Shown here in pieces: positions 27,705-38,160 of a stretch of 64,000 nt of DNA (the stretch's first letter is position 1; each line of letters begins with the position of its first letter). The translations under genes were made by a program, and so were the position numbers. The stretch comes from an uncultured Actinomycetota bacterium (lineage in GTDB: Bacteria > Actinomycetota > Actinomycetes > JAFAQI01). Under the pieces are notes generated by a model. It had not been told where the DNA came from and ran no database searches. It worked only from the letters and a program-made list of their open reading frames with translations. Location: positions 135,506-199,505 of the forward strand of contig CAWIFV010000004.1 in the NCBI GenBank assembly GCA_963835405.1, in the 5' to 3' direction.

Positions 27705-30700
27705 GTGCGACCCAGCATTCGCAGGACCATCCGTCTCGCACTCGCCGCCACCGTCCTCGGCGCACCCGCGGTCGCGCTCGGCACCGGCGGCGTCGCCCAG
27801 GCGACGACCAGCGTCAAACCGACGGTGAGCGCCCCGGTCGCCTTCGGTGTCTCCGCCCCGGTGCGCGACCTGCCGAAGAGTGACGCCACCGACCTCGCCA
27901 TCCCGGAAGGGGTGGACGAGAGCGAGGGATCGCTGACCCACCCGACCGGCAACGGCAGCGCGACCGGTGTCGACCCGGCGCTGCAGACCGGGCCGGCCGG
28001 GTCGGGCATCCCCCCGACGAGCCAGAACTTCGAAGGCATCGACGTCGGCGAGAGCAGCAGCGACATGATCTTCGTCGGTGCGCCGCCGGACACCAACGGT
28101 GACGTCGGCCCCGACCACTACGTGCAGACGGTCAACACCGTCTTCGCCATCTGGGACAAGACCGGCAACCGCCTGGTCGACCCCACGCCGCTCGACGAGC
28201 TGTGGCTCAGCGCCGCCAACGGCGGCGAGTTCAACTGCACGACGCAGAGCCGGGGTGACCCGGTGGTGCAGTACGACCCCCTCGCCGACCGCTGGCTGAT
28301 CTCACAGTTCAACTTCCCGGTCGCCGACCCGGTGCTCGGCGCGGTCGTGACCGGCCCGTTCGACGAGTGCGTGGCGATCTCGACGTCCGCAGACCCGACC
28401 GGTGACTACTACCTCTACGACTTCCGCTACAGCCTGACGATGTTCAACGACTACCCGCACTTCGGCGTCTGGCCGGACGGTTACTACATGTCCGTCAACC
28501 AGTTCGACACGTCGAACGGCGAGGCCTTCACCAGCGCGGGCGCGTGCGCGTTCGAGCGGGAGAAGATGATCGCCGGTGACTCCGGCGCGCGCCAGGTGTG
28601 TTTCGACGAGTCGGCGTTCGACCCCAAGGACGCGGACGGCAACTACGTCTACGGCGGACAGCTGCCCACCGACCTCGACGGCACCGGTGTCGGCGCCGAC
28701 TTCCAGTCGCCCCCTCCCGCCGGCGAGCCGAACACCTTCTTCCAGTTCCGCGACAGCACGACCGCCGGCGCCGACCAGCTGCTCGCGTTCCAGTTCCACG
28801 TGGACTGGTCGGCCCCGGAGAACTCGACGTTCGGCAACGGCCGGCCCGGCGGTGACGGCCAGCCCATCACCATCCCCGTCGCCGACTTCGACTCCCTCCT
28901 CTGCAATGGCGGTGAGTCGTCCAGCGACCGCGACTGCCTGCCCCAGAAGGACAGCGAGTCCGGTCTGGACGCCATCTCGGACCGGCTGATGTACCGGGCG
29001 TCGTACCGCAACTTCGGCGACCACGAGTCGGTGGTGCTCAACCACACCGTGGCCGTGGGTGACGCGGACAAGCACGCCGGCATCCGGTGGTACGAGATCC
29101 GCGACCCGAGTGGTTCGCCGATCGTCCACCAACAGTCGACGTACGCCCCGGATGACGAGAGCCGCTGGATGGGCAGCATCGCGATGGACCAGACCGGCGC
29201 CGTCGCGCTCGGCTATGCGCTGACGAGCAGCGACCGCAACCCGGCCATCGCCTACACGGCGCGTCGCGCGGATGACGCGCTCAACCAGATGACGCTCGGC
29301 GAGGCGATCCTCTACCAGGGAGCCGGTGCCCAGGACGACACCGGCAACCGTTGGGGTGACTACAGCTCGATGTCGGTGGCGCCGGACGGGTGCACCTTCT
29401 GGTACACGCAGGAGTACTACCCCTCGACCGACACGTTCAACTGGAACACCCGCATCGGAGCGTTCGCGCTACCGACCTGCGGCGACCCCCAGATCAGCAT
29501 GACGTCCTCCGCGCCTTCGACACCCGTGCGCGGGGACCTCACCTACGACATCGCGGTGAACACCGGGGAGGAGTCGGTCCTCGACGCGCAGGTCACCGAT
29601 GTCCTGCCGGGCAACGTCACGCTGCTGTCGGTCAGCACGACCACCGGTTCCTGCTCCGGCCGGGCGACGATCGTCTGCGACCTCGGCGACCTGCCGGCCG
29701 GTGACCTCGAGAAGGTCACCCTCGTCGTGCACACCCGCACCCCGGCTCCGCGGAGAACGTCGCCACGCTCTCGATGGCCAACCACGACGGCAACCTCGAC
29801 AACAACCAGGCGAGGCTGTCGACGCCCGTCTACGACCCGTGCACCCCGCCCGGCGCCGTCGTCGCGAGTGACGCCGACGGTGATCAGACCGGCACGCCCC
29901 AACAGGACGTCACGTCGGTCGCCGTCGGTGAGCCCTACGCGGCCGACGGCAACCAGATGCTGGAGTTCACGATCAAGGCGGCGGACCTGAGCCCGACGCC
30001 GCAACCGAGCTCCTACTGGTACGAGTACTTCACCTACGGCGGGCGGCAGTTCTACGTCGCCCTCGACACGACCGACGTGACGCCGGCGTTCAATTACGGC
30101 TACTTCGAGGTCGACCCGACGACCGGCCTCAACTCCCAGAACGAGCTCGGGGAGACCGACGCGGGGTCATGGGACCCCGACGGCACGATCACGATCGACC
30201 TGGCCAAGAGCAAGCTCGACCCGGACGACAACGGTGCGGACGGCAACGGTCCGGCCCTGCCGCCCACGTCGGGCGACACCTTCACCGGCGTCTTCGGCGA
30301 GGCCCGGACGCTCGTCGGCGTCCTCATCGTGCGCAACGACGCCACCGGCACGGGCAGCTACACCCTGCTGGGTGGCGACTACTGTGCACCGAACACCCCG
30401 CCCACCGCGACGCTGACGGCCACCCCGGACTCCGGTACGGCGCCGCTGCAGGTCACCCTCGACGCCTCCGGGTCCTCCGACCCCGACTCCGGTGACGCGG
30501 TCGCGTCGTACACGTTCCACTTCGGCGACGGCACCGGCGGGGTCACCCAGCCGGATCCCACCGTCCAGCACACCTATACGACGCCGGGCACCTACCACGC
30601 GACCGTCACGGTCGACGACCAGCGTGGCCAGGAGAGCGCGAACGTCGGCATCGCCGACGTGACCGTCCGGTCCGACACCGCCGACCTGGCCGTCGAGTGC

Positions 30701-31052
30701 GTCCGGCCCGGAGTCGAGCCGGCGCGGACAGCCGGTCACCTACACCGTCACCGTCGTCAACAACGGCCCGCAGCCGGCGTCCGGTGTCATCCTGACCGAC
30801 AGCTGGTCGGAGAAGGCCGCCGTCGGCTCGGTGTCGACGACCGGCGGCACGTGCGCGGCAGACGTCAAGATGCAACGGGCCGACTGCGACCTCGGCGCTC
30901 TCGCGCCGGGGCAGAGCGTGGTCCTGACCGTCGAGCTGCGGCCCAGGTCGACCGGCGACTTCGTCGATGCCGCGCAGGTGTCGGCGTCGTCGCCGTCCGA
31001 CCCGGTGCCCGACAACGACTCCGCTCGGGTGACGACGACGATCACCCACTGA
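27705..31052 (+). pseudogene. large secreted multidomain protein (about 1115 aa) with PKD and DUF11-like repeats, two frame shifts (near 29745 and 30710)
   Basis: GTG 27705 after AAGGGGGG. Signal peptide ...GGVAQA|TT. Conserved N-terminal about 600 aa (GPDHYVQTVN, DPVVQYDPLADRWLISQF, DYPHFGVWPDGYYMS, RWGDYSSMSVAPDGCTFWYTQEY). PKD-like PTATLTATPDSGTAPLQVTLDASGSSDPD...HTYTTPGTYHATVTVDD. DUF11-like LTYDIAVNTGEE... and VTYTVTVVNNGPQPASGVILTD.... Confidence 0.7.
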
Positions 31053-31121
31053 CCGGCGCCCCGGCCGGGGTGGACGCGGCCGGGGTGGACGCCGGCGGGC
31101 CGGCACGGCAGAGTCGCAGCC

Positions 31122-32306
31122 ATGCCCGTGCAGCTGCCCCCCTCGGTCGCCGACGTCCGCCACCGCATGAAGGAGTTCATCGACGGCGAGGTGATCCCGG
31201 CCGAACCGGTGCTCACCGCGGGTGACGAGGCGTCGGCCGCGCGGCTGGAGGAGCTCAAGGCCGAGGCCAAGCGGCGCGACCTGTGGGCGCTCGGCCACCC
31301 GGCGGAGATCGGCGGCGGCGGGCTGCCGTTCATGGACTTCGTCTACCTCAACGAGGTCATCGGCCGCTCCGAGTGGGGCCAGGTCGCGGTCGGGTCCGTG
31401 TCGATGCAGGACTCGATCATGCTGCACCTCTACGCGTCGGAGGAGCAGCGCGAGCGCTGGCTGAAGCCGCTCGTCGCCGGCGACATCTACCCCAGCGTCG
31501 GTCTCACCGAGCCCGAGGTCGCCGGGTCCGACCCGACGCAGATGCGCACGACTGCGGTGCTCGACGGCGACGAGTGGGTCGTGAACGGGCACAAGTGGTT
31601 CACCACCGGCGCGCATCGAGCCGCCTTCACGACCGTCTTCGCGATGACCGACCCCGACGCGCCGACGCCGTACGCGAAGTTCTCCGCCATCATCGTGCCG
31701 ACCGACACACCGGGCTACGACATCGTCCGCGCCGTACCGACGATGGGCACCACGCACGGCGACCACTGCGAGGTCTGGTATCGCGACGTGCGGGTGCCCC
31801 GCGACAACCTCCTCGGCGAGCGCGGGCACGGGTTCCGGATCGCGCAGAAGCGGCTGGGGCCGGGACGGATCTTCCACTGCATGCGCTGGCTGGGCCAGGC
31901 GCAGCGGGCGTTCGAGCTGATGGTCGACCGGGCCAACACCCGGTACGCGCACGGGGGTCTGCTCCGCGACAAGGGCGAGATCCAGCGCTATGTCGCGGAG
32001 TCGGCGGCCGAGATCCAGGCGGCCCGGCTGATGACGCTCGACGCGGCACGGGCGATGGACACCGGCAGCGAGGCGAGGGTCGAGATCAGCCTCATCAAAT
32101 TCTGGGGCGCGACGATGCTGCACAACGTCGTCGACCGGGCCATCCAGGTGCACGGCGCCCTCGGCGTCACGGCGGACACCCCGCTCGACCGGATGTACCG
32201 GGAGGCCCGGTACGCCCGGCTGTACGACGGGCCGGACGAGGTGCACCGCATGGTCGTCGCCCGCCAGCTGCTGTCGACCGAGCCGGCCGCCTGGCCCTGG
32301 GCCTGA
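31122..32306 (+). CDS. acyl-CoA dehydrogenase family protein
   Basis: Intact 394 aa. LTEPEVAGSDP, WFTTGA, LGERGHGFRIAQKRLGPGRI, YDGPDEVH. Confidence 0.88.
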   Translation: MPVQLPPSVADVRHRMKEFIDGEVIPAEPVLTAGDEASAARLEELKAEAKRRDLWALGHPAEIGGGGLPFMDFVYLNEVIGRSEWGQVAVGSVSMQDSIMLHLYASEEQRERWLKPLVAGDIYPSVGLTEPEVAGSDPTQMRTTAVLDGDEWVVNGHKWFTTGAHRAAFTTVFAMTDPDAPTPYAKFSAIIVPTDTPGYDIVRAVPTMGTTHGDHCEVWYRDVRVPRDNLLGERGHGFRIAQKRLGPGRIFHCMRWLGQAQRAFELMVDRANTRYAHGGLLRDKGEIQRYVAESAAEIQAARLMTLDAARAMDTGSEARVEISLIKFWGATMLHNVVDRAIQVHGALGVTADTPLDRMYREARYARLYDGPDEVHRMVVARQLLSTEPAAWPWA

Positions 32307-32319
32307 ACGGGGCCCGACC

Positions 32320-33649
32320 CTGACCGACCCCGAGAGCGCGGCCCGAGCCGAGCTGGCCGAGCGCCTCGGCAGGCTGCTCCGCGGTGCCGTCACCGGCCTG
32401 GAACCCATGCTCGGCGGGGCGTCCCGCGAGACGTGGTCGTTCACACTCGACGAACGGCCGTTGGTGCTGCGGCGTGACCCGCCGGGTGCGCCCCGCGGTG
32501 GTGCGATGCGGCGCGAGGCCGCGCTGCTGGCGGCCGCGGCGACCGCCGGGGTGCCCGTGCCCGAGGTGCTGGCCGCTGACGACGACGCGGGAGTCCTGGG
32601 CGCGCCGTACCTCGTCATGCAGCCGGCTCGCCGGCGAGACGATCCCGCGGCGGATCCTGCGCGACGACGCCTTCGCCGCGGCCCGCTCGCGGCTGACGGG
32701 GCAGCTCGGGACCGCGCTGGCGGCGCTGCACCGCGGCGTCGCCCCGGCTGCCGTCGCCGGCCTGCCGGACGACAGGGACGTGCTGGCCGGCCCCCGTGAG
32801 CTGCTCGACGCTATCGGCGAGCCGCACCCCGCGCTGGAGGTCGGGCTGCGCCGGCTGGCCGCGTCCCGTCCGCCCACCACCGGCCGGGTGGTGGTGCACG
32901 GCGACTTCCGGCTCGGCAACGTCATGGTCGACGCGGACGGGCTCGTCGGGGTGCTCGACTGGGAGCTGGCGCATGTCGGCGACCCGGCCGAGGACCTGGG
33001 CTGGCTGTGCGTGCGGTCGTGGCGGTTCGGCAGCCCGCTGCCGGTCGCCGGGGTCGGCCGACGGGACGAGCTCCTGTCGGCGTACGCCGCCGCCGGTGGG
33101 GCGGTCGTCGACGAGCCCACGCTGCGGTGGTGGGAGGCGTTCGGGACGCTGCGGTGGGCGGCGATCTGCGTGCAGCAGGCGGCCACCCACCTCGGCGGCG
33201 CCGTGCGCTCGGTCGAGCTCGCCGCCATCGGCCGCCGGGTCTGCGAGGTGGAGCTGGACCTGCTCGACCTGCTCGACGGGGTCCACGACCCCGGCCCCGG
33301 CCCGGCGCCGGCGCCCATCCGCGGGCCGCACGACCGGCCGACCGCGGGCGAGCTGGTCGAGGCGGTGCGCGAGTGGATGGCCGGGCTGTCGTTGCAGGGG
33401 CGGGACGCGTTCCTCGCGCGGGTCGCCGGACGGGCGCTCGGCATCGTCGAGCGCGAGCTCGCGCTGGGCCCGCCGCTCGGAGACGCGCACCGGGAGCGGC
33501 TGGACCTGCTGGGCGTGTCGTCGGACGCCGAGCTGGCCGCCGCCATCCGGGACGGTCGGGACACGCCCGACCTCGTGTCCGCGGTCCGGGCGGCCGTCGT
33601 CGACAAGCTGCGCGTGGCCGACCCGTCCCGGCTCGCCGACCGGGGCTGA
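32320..33649 (+). pseudogene. phosphotransferase (APH/kinase-like) family protein, one frame shift near 32620; start uncertain
   Basis: GGASRETWSF, PYLVMQ / RLAGETIP, catalytic VVVHGDFRLGNVMV, LDWELAHVGDPAEDLGW. No canonical start codon in frame between 32290 and ATG 32407. Confidence 0.75.
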
Positions 33650-33784
33650 CCTTCGGCGGCAGGGTGGGCACCCGGCGGTGGCGGGGACGTTCGCCCCGGC
33701 ACCGCCCGCCTTTCGCCCCTGGCGCCCGCATGGCGGACGTCACACGGTGGGGCCGGGCCGTTCGTCGTCCCCGAGGAGGCGGCC

Positions 33785-34081
33785 ATGACCGTCCAGGATC
33801 ACTCGTTGCCGGACACCGACGAGATGCTGCGCGAACGCGCGGTCAAGCGGTTGAAGAAGCGGCGCGACTTCCACTCGCACCTGATCGTCTACGCCCTCGT
33901 CAACTCCTTCCTCGTCGGCATCTGGGCGTTCACGAACTCGCAGGGGTTCTTCTGGCCGATCTTCCCGATGGCCGGTTGGGGGATCGGCGTCGTCATGAAC
34001 GCCTGGGACGTCTACCACGGCGACGAGTTGAGCGAGGCGGACATCGCGCGCGAGATGCAGCGCCTGCAGCGACCGACCTGA
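33785..34081 (+). CDS. 2TM-domain membrane protein
   Basis: RAVKRLKKRRDFHSHLIVYALVNSFLVGIWAF...FFWPIFPMAGWGIGVVMNAW. Intact 98 aa. Confidence 0.7.
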   Translation: MTVQDHSLPDTDEMLRERAVKRLKKRRDFHSHLIVYALVNSFLVGIWAFTNSQGFFWPIFPMAGWGIGVVMNAWDVYHGDELSEADIAREMQRLQRPT

Positions 34082-34128
34082 CGGGTCGAGGCTTCCGGCG
34101 CTCTCAGCAACGCGACCGGTGCGGCCGC

Positions 34129-34824
34129 CTAGAGGGGTTGTGGCTCGCCGAACGTCGCCCGCATGTGCTCGGTCCATGTCGTGAGCGTCACGGAGGCGGT
34201 CGGCAACCCGAGCGAGGCCAGCTCCTTGGCGATCGGGTGTGTGCCGAGCGTGAGCTCGACGCCGTCGCCACCGAAGTCCATCGACGAGCCGGTGCCGCCC
34301 TGGGTGAACGGTGTCGCGTGCGGCCGACCGTCGATCAGCGTGTACGACGTCATGGGCATCGGAGGCATCTCCTCCGAGCCTCCGCGCGGCACCGTGAGGT
34401 CCAACACCAGCTCGCCGTCCATCGTCAGCACCCACCGCGACGACGTCTCCGCCTGGGTCACGTCGATGCGCTCGACCGACTTCGGGTAGCCCCAGATCTG
34501 GTTGCCGGCGACGCACGTGAACTCCTCGTCGACCGGCAGGTGCGTGATGAAGGACCCGTCCTCCCCACCACCGACCGGCCGGACGAAAAGGATGGTGCCG
34601 ACCTCGTGGTAGCTGCCGAGGTCGTTGTCCCGGTAGTCGACCAGCGCGATGGCGAGCTGAGCGCGTCCCGGCGACGACTCGACGACCTCGAAGCCGTCCG
34701 GCGCCAGGGCCGCTGCCGCGGCGTGGTCGACGTCGTACATCACCGTCGCGGCGGAGGCGTCCCGCACCTCCACCGGCATCGTCACCGGCTGTCCCAGCAC
34801 CTCGTGAGTCGTCATGGCCGCCAT
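34129..34824 (-). CDS. acetoacetate decarboxylase-like family protein
   Basis: Start ATG 34824 or 34815. ...LVDYRDNDLGSYHEVGTILFVRP...FITHLPVDEEFTCVAGNQIWGYPK.... Intact. Confidence 0.55.
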   Translation of the reverse strand: MAAMTTHEVLGQPVTMPVEVRDASAATVMYDVDHAAAAALAPDGFEVVESSPGRAQLAIALVDYRDNDLGSYHEVGTILFVRPVGGGEDGSFITHLPVDEEFTCVAGNQIWGYPKSVERIDVTQAETSSRWVLTMDGELVLDLTVPRGGSEEMPPMPMTSYTLIDGRPHATPFTQGGTGSSMDFGGDGVELTLGTHPIAKELASLGLPTASVTLTTWTEHMRATFGEPQPL

Positions 34825-34858
34825 CCAACCGTCGCTCCCGGCGTGCTGTCGACACCGG

Positions 34859-35530
34859 TCAGGGCCGGAGCCGGGCCACCACCGCCGGCTTGACCGGCTC
34901 GCTCTCGAGATCCGTCTCGACCTCCACGTCGTAGGTTGCGATCGGCTCGAGGTGCGCGTTCGGCAGGTAGTGCCGATGCGGGTCACCGACGATGACCTCC
35001 GCGCCCGCGGCGGCCAACACGGCGAGAGCCGGCAGCATGACCGCCGCGATCGCCTCGTCGTAGAAGACGTCGCCGACGGTGACGAGCGTTCCGGCGGGCA
35101 CCGTGACCTCGCGCACGTCGGCGCACCGGGCGTCGACCGCAAGGTGGTTGAGCCGGGCGTTGAGCCGCACCGCGGCGACGGCGAACTCGTCGATGTCGTA
35201 CGCCGTCACCTCGGCCGCGCCCGCGTGTGCCGCGGCCAGCGCGACCAGGCCGGACCCCGTCGCGACGTCGACGACCGGCCGGCCGGCGACGCACCCCGGA
35301 TGGTCGAGCAGGTGCCGCGCGACGGCCTGCCCGCCGGCCCAGACGAACGCCCAGAACGGCGGCGGCAGAGCGCCGCGGTCGACCGCGACCTGGGTGGTCT
35401 CCCACAGCTCGACGGCCTCGTCGGCGAGGTGCAGCCGCAGCTCGGGCACGAAGGGAGCGGGACGGATCCGTGTGTGCGCGAGGACGAACTCGGCGGGGGA
35501 GACGCGGCGCACCCCGGGAGCCTCTCCCAC
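34859..35530 (-). CDS. class I SAM-dependent methyltransferase
   Basis: SAM motif VVDVATGSGLVALAAAHAGAAEVTAYDID. Intact 223 aa. Confidence 0.75.
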   Translation of the reverse strand: MGEAPGVRRVSPAEFVLAHTRIRPAPFVPELRLHLADEAVELWETTQVAVDRGALPPPFWAFVWAGGQAVARHLLDHPGCVAGRPVVDVATGSGLVALAAAHAGAAEVTAYDIDEFAVAAVRLNARLNHLAVDARCADVREVTVPAGTLVTVGDVFYDEAIAAVMLPALAVLAAAGAEVIVGDPHRHYLPNAHLEPIATYDVEVETDLESEPVKPAVVARLRP

Positions 35531-35619
35531 GACCTAGAATCGCGTGCGTGGCCGCCTACGACTACCGGTGCCGGACCTACGACGCCGCCTTCACCATCCA
35601 ACCGGGCTGACCGCGCGCC

Positions 35620-36108
35620 GTGCCGGTCCGTAGCGCCGGGATCCTGCTGTGGCGGCGGGGGAGCGCCGGCGTCGAGGTGCTGCTCGCGCACATGGGTGGG
35701 CCGTTCTGGAGCGGCAAGGACAGCGCGGCCTGGTCGGTTCCCAAGGGCGAGTACGACGAGGCCGAGGAGCCGCTCGCCGCGGCCCGGCGGGAGTTCCGCG
35801 AGGAGCTCGGCCTGCCGGTGCCGGTGCCGGACGGCCTGCTGGTCCCGCTCGGCGAGGTCAGGCAGCCCAGCGGCAAGCGGCTGACTGTCTGGGCGGGGGA
35901 AGGCGCGCTCGACCCGCAGGAAATCGTCCCCGGCACGTTCACGATGGAGTGGCCGCCGCGGTCGGGCCGGACCGGGGAGTTCCCCGAGATCGACCGGGTC
36001 GACTGGTGCGGCGTCGGCATCGCCCGGGAGCGGTTGGCCAAGGGCCAGCGCCCGTTCCTCGATCGGTTGATGGAGCAGCTGCCGCCAGGTGCTGCCGGTC
36101 GGCCTTGA
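35620..36108 (+). CDS. NUDIX hydrolase
   Basis: Nudix box GEYDEAEEPLAAARREFREELG. Intact 162 aa. Confidence 0.85.
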   Translation: MPVRSAGILLWRRGSAGVEVLLAHMGGPFWSGKDSAAWSVPKGEYDEAEEPLAAARREFREELGLPVPVPDGLLVPLGEVRQPSGKRLTVWAGEGALDPQEIVPGTFTMEWPPRSGRTGEFPEIDRVDWCGVGIARERLAKGQRPFLDRLMEQLPPGAAGRP

Positions 36109-36117
36109 CCGCCGGGG

Positions 36118-37152
36118 TCAGCGGGTCGAGTAGCGGCGGGCTCCTTCGGTCACGGCGACGGTGATCCGTCCCTGCGCGACCAGCAGCTCGAGGTGGGCGC
36201 CGGTCTCGGCGACGGCAAGCATCTGGTTGAACGGGTCCAGGTCGGCGAGCTCCCGCTCCCGGCGGGTCCACCGCAGCTGGCCGCCGACGTCGAACGCCGT
36301 CGTCGCACCGTTCGCCACGGCGCGCTCCGTCTCGTCGAGCCGGTGGCCGTGGTGGGCGACGAGCTCGTCGACCCGTTCGTGCACGCTGCCCGTGACCGGG
36401 CCATGCGCCGGGAGCAGCATCGCGTCCGGGCGGGACCGCACGAGCGCGAGCGAGGCGAGGAAGTCACCGAGCGGGTTGGGTGACAGCACCGGCTCGAACC
36501 CGATCGACGGCGTGATCGTCGGCAGCACGTGGTCGCCGGCGAACAGCAGCCCGCCGTCGAGGTCGTGGAAGACCACGTGCCCGCGCGTGTGGCCCGGAGT
36601 CGGTACGACGTCCAGTCGGCGATCGCCGACGTCGACCGGCCCCTCCTCCAGCCACTCGTCCGGCAGGGCCCACTCCAGCTCGTCGACCTCGCGGCCGTCG
36701 GCCAGCATCCTTGCGACGAGGTCCGCCAGGTCGTCGGCCCCGAGGGCGCGCAGTGCTCCGACCTGCTGCTGCAGGGGGGCGCGATGCGGTTCCCGCAACA
36801 CCTCCAGCGACGCGCGCTCACCTGCCCCGAGGCTGACGGGCGCACCGAGCTCGGCGCGCAAGGTCACGGCCTGCTGGTAGTGGTCGCGGTGGATGTGGGT
36901 GATGAGGAAGGCCCGCACGTCCGCGAGCCTCCAGCCGAGGCTGTCCAGCCCGGCCGTGAGCGTTGCCCGGGCCTCCGGGATCGCCCATCCGGAGTCGATG
37001 AGCACCGGAGCGTCCGGCCCGGCGACGACGTACACGTTCACCGCTCGCAGGCCGTCGTTGGGCAGCGGCAGCGGCACCCGGTGCACGCCCGGTGCGACCT
37101 CGAACGCCCCCGGATTCGTCCATTCCCCGCGCCCAGTGCTCACGTCCGTCAC
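36118..37152 (-). CDS. MBL-fold metallo-hydrolase
   Basis: HxHxDH motif ITHIHRDH, later TPGHTRGH. Intact 344 aa. Confidence 0.85.
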   Translation of the reverse strand: MTDVSTGRGEWTNPGAFEVAPGVHRVPLPLPNDGLRAVNVYVVAGPDAPVLIDSGWAIPEARATLTAGLDSLGWRLADVRAFLITHIHRDHYQQAVTLRAELGAPVSLGAGERASLEVLREPHRAPLQQQVGALRALGADDLADLVARMLADGREVDELEWALPDEWLEEGPVDVGDRRLDVVPTPGHTRGHVVFHDLDGGLLFAGDHVLPTITPSIGFEPVLSPNPLGDFLASLALVRSRPDAMLLPAHGPVTGSVHERVDELVAHHGHRLDETERAVANGATTAFDVGGQLRWTRRERELADLDPFNQMLAVAETGAHLELLVAQGRITVAVTEGARRYSTR

Positions 37153-37351
37153 CGCCGAAGCATCTCAGGTGCCGGGCTACAGTCGAAGACGCACCGGTGG
37201 TCATGTTCGACTCCCCCCGTCGCGCATGGCCGCCGGTGCCCTCTCCCGGACCCTGTGTGGCGCGGGCCAACCCTTTCGGGTCATGGACGGCCACCTTCCG
37301 TGCGGCGTCTGATGGGCGGCAGGACGGGTCGCTTCGACGAGAGGAGTCGGT

Positions 37352-38101
37352 ATGGCCGTCACGTTCACCATCGAGATGGGCAAGGGTGACGCCACCCGCA
37401 AGCAGCTGGACGCGGTGCGCGCGCTCACCGGGGCGACCAGCGAGGCGACCATGCCGCCGGGCATGCTCGTGCACCTCGAGTCCGAGACCCCGAGCGGCTA
37501 CCGCATCGTCGACGTGTGGGAGTCGGAGGAGGACTTCCAGGCGTTTTTCGAGTCCGCGCTGGGCGCCGCCTTCGACAAGGCCGGGTTCCACCCGCTGGCC
37601 GGACCGCCCGCGATCGAGTCGGTCGTCAACCTCCTCGGCGGCCGCCGGACCTCGGACGCGGAGCGCTCCGTCCGCGCGCTGGTGGACGCGTTCTGCCGGA
37701 ACGACCCCACGATCTTCGAGCGGTGCGTCCACCCGGACTTCGTCGAGCACCAGGAGTGGCCGGGCATCCCCCCGACCCGCGCGGGTCTCGCGCAGATCGT
37801 CGCCTATCTCCACTCCGCGTTCGGCGGGTTCCGGATGGAGGCCCTCGACATCGTGAGCGGGCCGGGCCGGGCGGCCTGCCGGTTCCGCGCCACCGGCACC
37901 CACACCGGTGAGTTCATGGGGGTACCGGCGAGCGGCCGGCCGATCGAGGTGGAGGGGATCGACTACTTCGCCATCGACGACGACGGGCTCGTCCGTGAGC
38001 ACTGGGGTGCCTTCGACCAGGCCGGGCTCATGGCCCAGCTCGGCGTGCCCGCCCAGGCGGGGCCGCCTTCGATCGAGCTGCCGACGGAGGCGCGCACCTG
38101 A
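37352..38101 (+). CDS. two-domain protein with C-terminal SnoaL-like ester cyclase fold
   Basis: C-terminal half RALVDAFCRNDPTIFERCVHPDFVEHQ...FRATGTHTGEFMGVPASGRPIEVEGIDYFAIDDDGLVREHWGAFD. Intact 249 aa. Confidence 0.65.
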   Translation: MAVTFTIEMGKGDATRKQLDAVRALTGATSEATMPPGMLVHLESETPSGYRIVDVWESEEDFQAFFESALGAAFDKAGFHPLAGPPAIESVVNLLGGRRTSDAERSVRALVDAFCRNDPTIFERCVHPDFVEHQEWPGIPPTRAGLAQIVAYLHSAFGGFRMEALDIVSGPGRAACRFRATGTHTGEFMGVPASGRPIEVEGIDYFAIDDDGLVREHWGAFDQAGLMAQLGVPAQAGPPSIELPTEART

Positions 38102-38150
38102 GCCGCCCACACTGGCCGCCCACACTGAGCCGCCCACACTGAGCCGCCCA
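38099..38150. repeat. 14-bp tandem repeat, about 3.8 copies, first unit starting with the upstream gene's TGA
   Basis: TGAGCCGCCCACAC / TG-GCCGCCCACAC / TGAGCCGCCCACAC / TGAGCCGCCCA. Confidence 0.9.
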
Positions 38151-38160
38151 GCGATGCGCG

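Noticed and set aside
31122-33649. Acyl-CoA dehydrogenase plus phosphotransferase pair as a novel system
   Set aside because: To my knowledge this pairing is common in actinomycete genomes, and nothing unusual is visible beyond one frame shift.
35548-35610. 20-codon ORF VAAYDYRCRTYDAAFTIQPG* resembling the N-terminus of FmdB-family zinc-ribbon proteins
   Set aside because: It is too short, the second Cys of the first CxxC is Tyr, and the second Cys pair is missing. At best it is a remnant, so it is not listed as a feature.
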